Part shown: in pieces, positions 19,262-28,621 of the stretch | Layout of the letters: each line of letters begins with the position of its first letter | Numbering within the stretch: the first letter of the stretch is position 1 | Assembly: GCA_039818605.1 (NCBI GenBank) | Contig: JBCBTQ010000002.1 | Span: 13,047 to 77,046 of the forward strand | Reading direction: 5' to 3' | Origin: Cyanobacteria bacterium J06639_14 | GTDB lineage: Bacteria > Cyanobacteriota > Cyanobacteriia > Phormidesmidales > Phormidesmidaceae | Length of the DNA: 64,000 bases | Position numbers and translations under genes: made by a program | Notes under the pieces: model-generated | The model's database searches: none | What the model was told of the DNA's origin: nothing | What the model saw: the letters and a program-made list of their open reading frames with translations, nothing else

Positions 19262-22200
19262 TTACAACTCCGGACCCGCTTTAGCCTTGGCTTGCGAAAG
19301 ACAAGCCATATCCTTTGCCATCGTAACTGCGGCTTTATCCGATAAGGGTGTTCCCCTGACAACGTCTCGGGCAACCTCTGTGATACGACTGAGATAACCC
19401 CCTGGTCTTCCGAGCTGTTTTGCAGTCAAATGCCACTGCCAAAGCTGGTTCATTTCGGCGTTATTTGCAATCGGTTGGAATGTGTTCGCAGAGTCTTTTG
19501 CATATATCAACCGTTCATTCCAGTCCTTGCCATGCTTGGGCATCAATCGTTCTACCCCTGGTAGCTGCTCTGCGATGCGCCAAGCCATCAGCGTCCCCGC
19601 TTGATCAGCATCAAAAGCCGCGAATACTCGTCCACCCTCCTGAAGAACAGATTTCAGTGCGTCAATGGGCACTCCACCAGAACCGTCTGTAGACAGATAA
19701 ATGGTCACCCCTGGCTGAGGGTGGTTTCCTTTATCCAGTACAGCCAACGACATCGCATCAATGGGAGACTCCGTGAGGAAGACTCGCTGGACTGGGCCGT
19801 GACCTGTGCCAATCCAGAACCATCCCTGATTCCTGACCGACCCCGGAGCCAGTCCGTGATAATGATTGTCTTCGCCCCAAGTGCCCCGCAAACTGGCCCC
19901 GGTCACGTCTCCTCTTGTCCAGGTATTCTTCTTTAGACCATGTCGGACAAAGACGGCATTTTGATGATCATCGGCATAGACCAATCCCTTTTCATGCAGC
20001 CGATCCACCAATGTTGCTGGGAGCTTGCGAGTCTCCACCAAGTACTCCCGCACCGCATCCCACCTTTGCTCATTGGTAGCTGGCATTGCGAGCGATTTTG
20101 GCTCTCGTTCCTCAAGGTGCTGATACGTGCTGACATGACTTGGAAGATATGAAAGGTCTTGACCTGACAGCCACTCCACAGCGGCTTTGAACTCGACAGC
20201 TTGAACATGCATCACTAGGTCGATCGCGCCCCGTCCACCCTGATCCGCTAACCAATCCATGAACAGTGGACCACTGATACTGATGATGTGGTCACCATCA
20301 CGCCACTTGTGCTTGTCATAGCGATCGAGTTCCAGTCCCAGATTCGCGGCCACTATTTCCAAGCCAATGCCGCGCACCTCATCGGCAACATCTTGAAGAG
20401 AGGGCTGTGGCAACGGTTGCTGAGATGGTACTCTCACCGTTTTGGGTGTTGGTGTCGTCGGAATTGAATTTTGAGTTGAATCCTGCCAAGTCGGCTCATT
20501 TCCCAAATGATCACAATGCCCATTTTGAGGGGAAGAACTGAACTGATCGGCGTCGAAGAGACTCTGTACTTGAAACTCAGGCGCTTCGGTTTCTCTCTTA
20601 GCCGTCGTCTGGGCGGACTCTGGTTGCAAGGTTGGAGTGGGTGCGTCCTCGATTGCGATTTGATCTGCTTGCTGAACATGAACGGTGATTGCTCCATTGA
20701 TGTCTGCGATCGCCACCTCACTGACCTGCCTCAACGATTCCAAATACTTCTCCAAACTTTTCACTGGGAAACCGGCTGCCGGTATCCTCTCAGCATCCGG
20801 AGCCGTAGATGTCTGGCTGGTGAGAATCAGATCAAGGGTTTGGGCTAGCTGTTTAGCATCGTCAAAGAAGGTTTCGTAGAAGCGGCGATCGCTTGTTTGC
20901 ACTAGCACAAGTGCCTCAGGGTACTGGTCTTTGACTGCCAAATATTGTTGGACATCGGTGGGGAACGCCTGCCGCTCACCCCCAACTCGCTCACCTGATG
21001 GCGGCCCATCTGCTGCTGTAACCTTCTCTTCCTCCTGAGATTGATCTACGTGTGGCCTGGCAGCTTCAGCAAACCCCTGATGGTTGATGTTGCGGGCAAA
21101 GAGGCGAGCAAAACCTCGGTCACAACTGCGAAACTCTCCCCCGAAGGACTGCACAGCGGTTTCTCTCAGGGTTAGATAGCCGCCCTCAGCAATACCGAAC
21201 ACCATCTCGGTGTCGATGAACATGTCGCCGTTCTGGGTCAGGTAATGGGTGAGGTAGAGTTGGTCGCCGTGACGCTCTACCACTAGGGGAATGTAGGGCT
21301 CGTTCTCAATGCGTCGGTGGAAGTCGTCGCCCTGCAAGACCACTTCAGCCAGTCCGGCAGTGTGCAGAAACTTGGCCACTTGTTTCTCAGCACCACCAGT
21401 CTGTTCCTTCAGGGGAGCAATGCGCTGAGCATTCTGGGACAAATTCGGTTGTGGAATGGGATTCTCAAGGTGGGGCTGTGGGGGAGCCGGAGCGTTTGCT
21501 GTGGTCTCTACTTCTATCTTCTGAGCCGATCTGATGTCCTGGTCGGATTCATCCTGATCTTTAACCTGTGCAGGCTCCTCGGATACCTCCACAAACAGAC
21601 TCTCCAACTGCTCACGGGTTTGCGGTGTCGGTTCCGGTACATAGGGTACATAGTCACCCTGTGCCGCAAAGGTGTTGGTCTCCACCAGCTCCAAAGTCGG
21701 CAGTGCTTCATCCAAATAAGCTCGCGCCTGATCCTTGAAATCGAAGGCTGCTAGGGTAAGTTTCTTCTCCTGCATCACCACTGCAAGCACCGGGTCGATG
21801 CGATCGGCGGTCACCACCGCCTCCATCCGATCACTCACCGAATAAAAGTCGGATCCCACCGCCGCCAGAATGTCCTGATCCAGAAAATACTGCCCGCCCA
21901 CGCTGGTGGCCTTGGGCGTCTGCAACACAAATCCGTGGGTCTGACTGCCTCCGAGCCGCGCTGCTGCCTGGGTCTTAATTACCAGAGACTCATCCAGGGT
22001 CTTCACCACCCCCTTGTTGCCAGTGACTTCTGTCAGAAACGCCTTCACCTGATAAGGTTCGCGGAAGGCGACGGGTTCGGCCCGCAGGGACTCCTCAATG
22101 TCAAAGCCCGCAGGCATCATCAGTCCCTGGCGAATGCGCCCTTGATGGTCGGTATAGTTAAGGAACTGACCACGTGGATATTTCTCGAAGGCTCGCAGCA

Positions 22201-25200
22201 GATTGCCGGTGAAGATTTGCGCCTCCCGTCGCTGCTGGGCTTGCTTGTGGTCAAAGGCGGCGTAAATATCCATGCCGTCCCAGTTCGTCGCCTGGGGCAA
22301 GAGACTCACGGAATTGTCTTTATCGGTGTTGACTTTGGAGAGGGGAAAAGTGATCTGGCGAGAATGGTTGTCGGTGAGCACCTGGAGCCGCCAGTTAGTC
22401 GGGGCAGCGGGACTGCCCTGCCGCCCCCTTTGCCAGACATTGGCCACCACCCCATAGACGATGTGGCTCTGCTCCGAAACAAGCTGCACTGGAGTGCCAG
22501 GGAGAAACTCGGTCAGGATGTCGGTAATCTGGTCGAGTTGACTCGCAAGGCGATCGCTCAATTTGCCTCGGGCCTCCGGAGTTTTCTTCGTCAGCATCGT
22601 GCGGCGACGATAGTCCTGCAACTGCTGCTGGAGATCTTGCAAGGTGGCCTCTGTCTTTTGTGCTGCTAGAGCCTGCACCTGATCGAAGTCGTGGTCAGCG
22701 ACGGCTTTAATGGCTGCCATCCCCAGCACCTCTCGTACCGTATTCATTACCTGCAACTGGGTCAGGGGCTTCACCGGAATCTTGGCATCCATCACTTCGA
22801 GGTACACCGGGCCAGTGAACTCATTGCGAATACCGCTGTCGTCGGGAATCACCTCCATACGAGCAATCGTCCGGGCATCGAGATCCAACTGTTCCGCTGA
22901 CAAGACGTTTTCGCCCATCGCCTGCTTCTGTGCAATCAGGTCTTGGGTCTCGGACTCAATTAGGCTGTAGAGGGCCTCCTGCTCTTCGATAGGCAGCAGG
23001 GGAATCCGCCCGGTTACTCGGCTAATCAACTCGATGTCGGAACTGCCCTGAAGATTTTCGGCAGGATAGGCCAGTCGCGCTTGCAGTTCCGGGTCATCCT
23101 CCAAAATCTCCTGCACCACGGCTTCTCCGTAGATATTCATGAAGTCCACCACGTTGGTGACGGACAGATCCGAATCGCGAGACGCGGTGGTATTGGCGTT
23201 GAGGGAGGCCATCTTTTTGGCCAGCAAAGCTCCCAGCCGCTTCTCCGCAGGCAGATCGGACATCAGCAGCGTGAAGCGCGGTTCGACTACCTGACCAAAG
23301 CGGTTAGCTCGTCCCAGCATCTGCATCACCTGGTTAATGTCTCGCTCGGCCTGGGCCACAATCATGTGGCGGGGCCGCTGGTCGGCAAACTTCTCGGACG
23401 CATGGAGACTGATGCCGGTGGAACCAGAACGGTTCAGAATCACCACATCCAGTTGTCCATGATTGAAGCGATTGACCACTTCGATCTTGCCCTGAGGTTT
23501 CGTTTCCTGGCTGGAGCGGCGACCATAGGACATCGGGCGATCTCCCCCATACTCCACAATGTTTTTGCGGCCCGTGACTTCATCGACGGTGTAGCCTTTC
23601 TGGTGCAGTCGCCATTTGATGTAGTCAATGGAACTGAGGGGCACCTGGGATAGGTCGGTGTCGGCAATCAGCTCTCGGGCGGCATCGTAGGCGGCCACGC
23701 CATCCGCCCCGAGTTCCTCATCCGTCAGGCGGCGGCGAGTCTGCAGACCCTCAAAGTCTTTCAGCACCACATCGCGCGATCGTTCCAGGTAGCGTCCCAA
23801 AACATCGCCAAAGGAAATGTCGAGTTCATTCCCTGGTTCTAAGCCATTATCTTTGGCGTACCAGTCGATAAAAGTATCCATTGTCGAGGCCACGGCAATC
23901 AGAGGCTTTTCTCCGTTTTGCAAAGCTTGAATCGCCGACTGCACAGTGGCTTCGGCTTTCTGACACAGCAACCCCTGGTCGATAGCGTTGTGCATCAGGG
24001 AAGTAAAGTTGGTGGAATGCACCCCCACCTGTCCCACGGCATTGTCCAGACCCAACTGCTTGGCTTGTTGCTTTAGGTCCTTTCGCAGGTCGGTCAAGGC
24101 CGCCACTTTGGCCCGGTCAAAGGCATCCACCGACCGCATGATGGCGGAAATGCCGTCCGCTACTTCCCGATCCACCGGCACCACCTGAGCCAAAAAGGAG
24201 ATGTTTTCAAAAGACCGCTCCCGGCGCAGCAGTTGACCCGAGGCGACAAACTTGGTGGCCATCATCTGCTGCAGGGGAATGCCCCCGGCCTGAAGACTCC
24301 GCTCCAGGCTGCCCAGACTGGAAACGGCCTGCATGGCATCACTGCGACGGGCATAGAGATCCATTACGGCTGGGTCTTTGGTCGCGGTCGCGCTCATGAA
24401 CACCGCCCCAGCACAGTGGTCGATTAGCTCTCGCACAAACTCTGACCGATTAGGCGGCCCGCTGGTTTTCCAGGACGGGGATTGTCCGGTACTGCCACCG
24501 GCCTCATGGGATTCATCGAAGACAAAGATGGTTCTGGGGGCCAAGGCACGAAAGAACTGGCGACGCAGGGGTTCCTTATTCTTGATGGTTTGCAGTTGAC
24601 TATAGGTGGTGAAGATGGCTCCGTAGTCTTGTCCCAACTCCCCTTGCTGCACCAGGCGACGCATCTCGGTTTCCTGCTCGCTGCCGCTCCCCGTTTTGAG
24701 GACGCGACCGTCATCCAGGCGTAAGGTCAGGTTGTTATTGGTCAGAAAGGGAGTGAACCCTGGTTTGCCGATATCCGCCAGGTCATTGATCATGGCGTTG
24801 TACAGGTCAGGTTGGCGGGTGACAAAGATGGGGATATACCCCTGCCGCCGCGCATCAATTAGATTAGCGGCCCCAAATCGTCCCTTGCCATTGCCCGTCT
24901 GGTCACCGTTGAGGAAAATCTTGCCGCGATCTCGTTGGTCAAAGGCTAGCGCTAAAGAGTCGATCTGCTCGGCGTAGAGCACCTGCCACATCGCTGCTTT
25001 GGAGTCATAGCCTAACCGCTGACTGACAAACTCATCAATGTTTCCATGCGTTTGCTCTACCCGCTGCAGGGCGACCTGAGCAGCGGCGGCCATGTTCGCC
25101 GGAATCAGTGTCCTCGGTGACGTGCCCTGACTGCGAGGAACATAGGGAATGTTGTGGACTTGAGTCTCAATTTTGGGAGCGGGTTCTGGGGTAACCACAG

Positions 25201-26692
25201 GCAGTGGCCTCAACTCATCTCGGCGGTCAGATAACTCAGCCAGGTTTCCAGGGTCATCTCCTCGTCGTGTTCCGCCTGCCACGCCTCCTGGATCTCGCTC
25301 GGGAGTTGTACGCGGATCGGGAAGCTCCAGCCGTTCTGCAGGTCGAAGCGGGTTCTCAGGGTTTCGTTGTGATGAACGAGGGTCTCGCTCCAGTCTTCGG
25401 CCCATTCCAACCGGGGGCGCAGTTCCTGAGTGCCGGGGAGATGCAGCAGCGGCGGCATCTGCTGAGAATAGAGAATCTGCAGGGCTTGAGCGAGGCGGTG
25501 AGCGGTCTCTGGCTGGGTCTCCCCGGTTGCGCTCATCCAGGTGCGAATCATCCACTGCACCCGCAGACTCATCAGGTGCTCGTAGAGCGCTTCGCTCAGG
25601 TGCGTCAAACTGGGAGGCACCCGTACCAGGAATAAGCCCTGATCGCCTGTTGTCTGCGGTTTCCAGATCAGGCTGTAGGTCTCGTAGTCCTGGTAGGTGG
25701 GGGGATGGGTGATGTAATCTTTCATCGGGAATCAGTTCCTTGAGTTCAGCAAAGGACTTGTAAATCGGTGGGACAACCGCTGCCGGTAAGGGGAGTTCTG
25801 ATTGCCCTCGTCCGGCAATCACCATGACATCGATGGGGAAGCCAGCACCTTGCTTGCGATACAGGTCACCCGAAATGGAAAAGTGCTGGATGACGCGGTA
25901 CTGCTGATAAAGCGGATAGAAGAATCCCCGGCTTTCGAGGGTGTTGTACAGGTCGGAGCGCCGGTTCTCCGCCTCTCCCAGCTTGCCGCCCATGATGAGT
26001 ACCGCGCGGCCATTTTCTTTCATCGCCTTGAGCGCCTGGAAGGCAATCGCCTGATCAATCTGCGTTGTGCCTCGTCGATTACCTGGCAAGGTGAATCTAC
26101 GACGCTGCCCCTGTTCATCTCGCACGGCACCAAAGGGGGGATTGGCGATGACGACATCATGCTGCTGGTCGGGTTGATACTCGCTGGCATCGAACTGAGT
26201 GACGGAGTAGCCCTGAGCCCGCAGATCAGCCGCGCGATCTGGATTGAGTTCATTGACGGTGACCTTAGCCGGATCCGTTCCCAGCAGCAATGCGCTATGT
26301 CCGGCAGTCGGTTCATAGACAGTGGTATTGGGATTAATTCCCGCCAGAGTCGAAGCTAAAAAGGCGATAGGGATGGGGGTGCTGTACGCCTGTTGCAGAA
26401 CGCTGGTGGAGGAGCGGACATTCAGGGCCGGTTGGCGATCGTGCAACTCTACTAGCCGATCATAGGTGTCGTGAGTGGTCGCTGCAGTTTGGAGAATCGC
26501 CTGAGCGCTTCTCACCACGCCAGCTTCAACTGCTTCATCCACTTGCTTAGCCAGCACCGTACCCGGAAGCACCGGTTCACTCAACACATCAGCCGCGTGT
26601 TTGCGGGCCTGGGTGATCGTGGCAAAGCTTTCCCCGGCCTCAAAGTGACGGGCAAAGAATTCCACCAGTTCCGGCTGATGCGCCATCCCCAT
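19262..26692 (-). CDS. Polyvalent conjugative-element protein: N6-adenine DNA MTase + strawberry-notch/SNF2-like helicase + MutS-domain-I-like + DUF3991/Toprim
   Basis: MTase motifs EPTAGHSALL and NPPF (~26132-26143). Helicase motifs VFDESHEAGG (~24500-24523) and GRANRFGQ (~23293-23316). MutS_I-like QQYLAVKDQYPEALVLVQTSDRRFYETFFDDAKQLAQTLDLILTS...IPAAGFP (~20700-20955). C-terminal Toprim-like VFLTESPIDAMSLAVL...YLSTDGSGG...AFDADQAG (~19400-20100). Confidence 0.85.
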   Translation of the reverse strand: MGMAHQPELVEFFARHFEAGESFATITQARKHAADVLSEPVLPGTVLAKQVDEAVEAGVVRSAQAILQTAATTHDTYDRLVELHDRQPALNVRSSTSVLQQAYSTPIPIAFLASTLAGINPNTTVYEPTAGHSALLLGTDPAKVTVNELNPDRAADLRAQGYSVTQFDASEYQPDQQHDVVIANPPFGAVRDEQGQRRRFTLPGNRRGTTQIDQAIAFQALKAMKENGRAVLIMGGKLGEAENRRSDLYNTLESRGFFYPLYQQYRVIQHFSISGDLYRKQGAGFPIDVMVIAGRGQSELPLPAAVVPPIYKSFAELKELIPDERLHHPSPHLPGLRDLQPDLETADNRRSGLIPGTGASQFDAPERSALRAPDESAGAVDDSHLDERNRGDPARDRSPPRSSPADSLFSADAAAAASPRHSGTAPPVGMGRRLERDPRSSQRNPENPLRPAERLELPDPRTTPERDPGGVAGGTRRGDDPGNLAELSDRRDELRPLPVVTPEPAPKIETQVHNIPYVPRSQGTSPRTLIPANMAAAAQVALQRVEQTHGNIDEFVSQRLGYDSKAAMWQVLYAEQIDSLALAFDQRDRGKIFLNGDQTGNGKGRFGAANLIDARRQGYIPIFVTRQPDLYNAMINDLADIGKPGFTPFLTNNNLTLRLDDGRVLKTGSGSEQETEMRRLVQQGELGQDYGAIFTTYSQLQTIKNKEPLRRQFFRALAPRTIFVFDESHEAGGSTGQSPSWKTSGPPNRSEFVRELIDHCAGAVFMSATATKDPAVMDLYARRSDAMQAVSSLGSLERSLQAGGIPLQQMMATKFVASGQLLRRERSFENISFLAQVVPVDREVADGISAIMRSVDAFDRAKVAALTDLRKDLKQQAKQLGLDNAVGQVGVHSTNFTSLMHNAIDQGLLCQKAEATVQSAIQALQNGEKPLIAVASTMDTFIDWYAKDNGLEPGNELDISFGDVLGRYLERSRDVVLKDFEGLQTRRRLTDEELGADGVAAYDAARELIADTDLSQVPLSSIDYIKWRLHQKGYTVDEVTGRKNIVEYGGDRPMSYGRRSSQETKPQGKIEVVNRFNHGQLDVVILNRSGSTGISLHASEKFADQRPRHMIVAQAERDINQVMQMLGRANRFGQVVEPRFTLLMSDLPAEKRLGALLAKKMASLNANTTASRDSDLSVTNVVDFMNIYGEAVVQEILEDDPELQARLAYPAENLQGSSDIELISRVTGRIPLLPIEEQEALYSLIESETQDLIAQKQAMGENVLSAEQLDLDARTIARMEVIPDDSGIRNEFTGPVYLEVMDAKIPVKPLTQLQVMNTVREVLGMAAIKAVADHDFDQVQALAAQKTEATLQDLQQQLQDYRRRTMLTKKTPEARGKLSDRLASQLDQITDILTEFLPGTPVQLVSEQSHIVYGVVANVWQRGRQGSPAAPTNWRLQVLTDNHSRQITFPLSKVNTDKDNSVSLLPQATNWDGMDIYAAFDHKQAQQRREAQIFTGNLLRAFEKYPRGQFLNYTDHQGRIRQGLMMPAGFDIEESLRAEPVAFREPYQVKAFLTEVTGNKGVVKTLDESLVIKTQAAARLGGSQTHGFVLQTPKATSVGGQYFLDQDILAAVGSDFYSVSDRMEAVVTADRIDPVLAVVMQEKKLTLAAFDFKDQARAYLDEALPTLELVETNTFAAQGDYVPYVPEPTPQTREQLESLFVEVSEEPAQVKDQDESDQDIRSAQKIEVETTANAPAPPQPHLENPIPQPNLSQNAQRIAPLKEQTGGAEKQVAKFLHTAGLAEVVLQGDDFHRRIENEPYIPLVVERHGDQLYLTHYLTQNGDMFIDTEMVFGIAEGGYLTLRETAVQSFGGEFRSCDRGFARLFARNINHQGFAEAARPHVDQSQEEEKVTAADGPPSGERVGGERQAFPTDVQQYLAVKDQYPEALVLVQTSDRRFYETFFDDAKQLAQTLDLILTSQTSTAPDAERIPAAGFPVKSLEKYLESLRQVSEVAIADINGAITVHVQQADQIAIEDAPTPTLQPESAQTTAKRETEAPEFQVQSLFDADQFSSSPQNGHCDHLGNEPTWQDSTQNSIPTTPTPKTVRVPSQQPLPQPSLQDVADEVRGIGLEIVAANLGLELDRYDKHKWRDGDHIISISGPLFMDWLADQGGRGAIDLVMHVQAVEFKAAVEWLSGQDLSYLPSHVSTYQHLEEREPKSLAMPATNEQRWDAVREYLVETRKLPATLVDRLHEKGLVYADDHQNAVFVRHGLKKNTWTRGDVTGASLRGTWGEDNHYHGLAPGSVRNQGWFWIGTGHGPVQRVFLTESPIDAMSLAVLDKGNHPQPGVTIYLSTDGSGGVPIDALKSVLQEGGRVFAAFDADQAGTLMAWRIAEQLPGVERLMPKHGKDWNERLIYAKDSANTFQPIANNAEMNQLWQWHLTAKQLGRPGGYLSRITEVARDVVRGTPLSDKAAVTMAKDMACLSQAKAKAGPEL
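25210..25725 (-). CDS. 171-codon ORF nested out of frame (+1) in the MTase-helicase linker of the polyvalent gene
   Basis: ATG at 25725 with an in-frame TGA 9 nt upstream and AAGGAA 11 nt upstream. Sequence looks globular (MKDYITHPPTYQDYETYSLIWKPQ...). Third-position G/C enrichment sits in this frame, not in the host frame. Confidence 0.45.
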   Translation of the reverse strand: MKDYITHPPTYQDYETYSLIWKPQTTGDQGLFLVRVPPSLTHLSEALYEHLMSLRVQWMIRTWMSATGETQPETAHRLAQALQILYSQQMPPLLHLPGTQELRPRLEWAEDWSETLVHHNETLRTRFDLQNGWSFPIRVQLPSEIQEAWQAEHDEEMTLETWLSYLTAEMS

Positions 26693-26695
26693 TCC

Positions 26696-28225
26696 CTACT
26701 CACCCACCGCGAGTTCCAGGGGCGGATGGCGTTGCCTTGGATTGATCGGGGTCACCGTCGCAGGAGCGTGCAGCTTCAAGTCCTGGCTGAGTTCTCGGTC
26801 GATGAACCGAAAGTAGGTGATGTCCTTGGGCGTCAACTCCGACTTGATTTTACCGTTGTCGATGCTGAGGATGATGCCCCGCTCAGCCGCCTGAAGCTTG
26901 AGGCTATGGGGTGTTTCCTCAATGCGATACTGACTGCCGCCCTGAAAGATGCGCTTACCCTGGACGTTGGGCCGACTACCGGTGACATCCAAGAGTTTGC
27001 GAGCCGTTTTGGCCAGGGCTAGGGCCGTTAAGTCACGGGTCAATCCCCGATCGCCTGCCGGAGCCAGGTTGCCAAGCTGCCGCGATCGCATCGGCGGTTC
27101 CGAAGAAATTCCGTCCAGCCCTTGAATTTGAATCTGCTGACGTGCTTTCAGGAAATCCGCTTCCTGAGACGCAACCATCTCGTTTTTGAGGATGTCCAGC
27201 CTCCAGCGCGTCTTGCGGAACATCATCAGTTCTGTCCCTTCGCGATCGGTGAGGATAACCATGTGACCTTTCGCGCTGAGGGTATATTTCTCAGCGATAT
27301 ACAGGCCTCTGCCAGGGCTGTAGGCGGTGCCAAATTTCTGTAGTAAGTCCACAGCCGTGGAGGCAACCTGACGACTACGAATCTTGGCGGCAATGGCCAC
27401 GACCTTATCGGTCAGCTGCTGGGACGATCGCCGCATGACGCGAGTGGTCTGCTGCATCCATTTCCGGGTTGCAGTTTCCACAACCTGCTGGTTCTGGCGA
27501 TCTAAGACGTCGAGGATGGAAACGACGTTAGGGGATTGCAGCTTCAGCGGTTGAGCCGCCAATGGCTGCTGATCGGGGATGGCAGGTTCAGGTGTCGTTA
27601 TGGACGAAGGCACTACCGACTCTGGTAAACGAGAAGGCGTTTCGTGCTCTTTGGTTTCAGGCTGTTCAAGGACTTCTGGAGAAATGTCTGCTGTTGAGAT
27701 CGGACTTTGATCACCCTCTAGAGCTGAATCTTCCTGTTGATTGGCACTGCTAGGGTGCAGTTGGTTCACCTCTACAGCCCCTTTGCTAAGGCGATAGACC
27801 AACTCATCCCCGGCTTTGATATTGACCGTCCCTTTGACATCTGAGGTAACTGCACCCTCGGTTTGTGATGGTGCATCCAACGCCGCTTGCAACAGCTTCA
27901 GCTTGTTGAGACTGAGCTTGTCGATGGGGTCTTTATCGGCATAGCCTTCCCGGTAGACGATTTCGCGACCCAGTTTGATTTCAATGGGTTCCGGAGTGTC
28001 TTGTGGCAATTCGTCTAATCCGTCCCATTGTTCATCCGTCTGGGCTTCTGCTTTCTCCCGCTTTCGGGCAGCCTGGAGGCGATCGCGCAGCATCTGGATA
28101 AAGGCTTGCACGGCCTCAGCAGTGGATTGAGCCGTCACAGCGGCGATTTCGCTAGAGGCGAGGGTGGTGTGGGCATAGTCCTGCTCAATTTGTTTGGCTT
28201 CGCCCGGATTTACAACGGCTTGCAT
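26696..28225 (-). CDS. Hypothetical conjugative-element protein (509 aa)
   Basis: Long ORF in the operon; its stop is 3 nt from the polyvalent gene start. Acidic/Pro-rich central linker. No motif recognised. Confidence 0.6.
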   Translation of the reverse strand: MQAVVNPGEAKQIEQDYAHTTLASSEIAAVTAQSTAEAVQAFIQMLRDRLQAARKREKAEAQTDEQWDGLDELPQDTPEPIEIKLGREIVYREGYADKDPIDKLSLNKLKLLQAALDAPSQTEGAVTSDVKGTVNIKAGDELVYRLSKGAVEVNQLHPSSANQQEDSALEGDQSPISTADISPEVLEQPETKEHETPSRLPESVVPSSITTPEPAIPDQQPLAAQPLKLQSPNVVSILDVLDRQNQQVVETATRKWMQQTTRVMRRSSQQLTDKVVAIAAKIRSRQVASTAVDLLQKFGTAYSPGRGLYIAEKYTLSAKGHMVILTDREGTELMMFRKTRWRLDILKNEMVASQEADFLKARQQIQIQGLDGISSEPPMRSRQLGNLAPAGDRGLTRDLTALALAKTARKLLDVTGSRPNVQGKRIFQGGSQYRIEETPHSLKLQAAERGIILSIDNGKIKSELTPKDITYFRFIDRELSQDLKLHAPATVTPINPRQRHPPLELAVGE

Positions 28226-28611
28226 GGTCTTTCCTCCATTGCTTTTAGGGTTTCGAGATTAAGTTGCGGGACAGCTGGCAGACGGTTAATCACTTCCCGC
28301 CCTTGTACGGAGAAATAGGCGGTTTCACCATCCACCAACCACTCGACCAGTTCCGGCTGATAGTCAGCGGCAACGGGCGGGCATTGATAGGTCATTTGGC
28401 CGTCCTGCCATTCCACGACAGTGACGTCATCAAACAGGACGCTGACTTCGCGAGGCACATAGTCCTCGGCCAATCGGGGCTGATCGAATACCGGAAGTAA
28501 CTCAGCCGCGATTTCGGGATGTTCCAGCAATGCTGCCAGCGTTTCAGCGGGGAGCTTGTCTCCCAAGGCTTGAAGTAGCATGGGTTCGGAATTTTGAAGA
28601 TGGGATGTCAC
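28210..28611 (-). CDS. Hypothetical protein (133 aa)
   Basis: In-operon ORF that overlaps the downstream gene by 16 nt. No motif recognised. Confidence 0.5.
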   Translation of the reverse strand: MTSHLQNSEPMLLQALGDKLPAETLAALLEHPEIAAELLPVFDQPRLAEDYVPREVSVLFDDVTVVEWQDGQMTYQCPPVAADYQPELVEWLVDGETAYFSVQGREVINRLPAVPQLNLETLKAMEERPCKPL

Positions 28612-28621
28612 AAAGCACCTC

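Noticed and set aside
19023-19397. 124-aa plus-strand ORF at the cbiO/element junction
   Set aside because: Its 3' part is antisense to the end of the polyvalent gene, the region is AT-rich, and there is no motif. It is likely non-coding junction DNA.
21935-22669. Long antisense or alternative-frame ORFs inside large genes (for example 5372..6046, 11681..12589, 21935..22669, 23081..23653, 50025..51020)
   Set aside because: Their translations are R/G/P/H/L-rich, typical of shadow ORFs opposite GC-rich genes. Each is fully contained in a gene with strong motif support, and none has start or RBS context.
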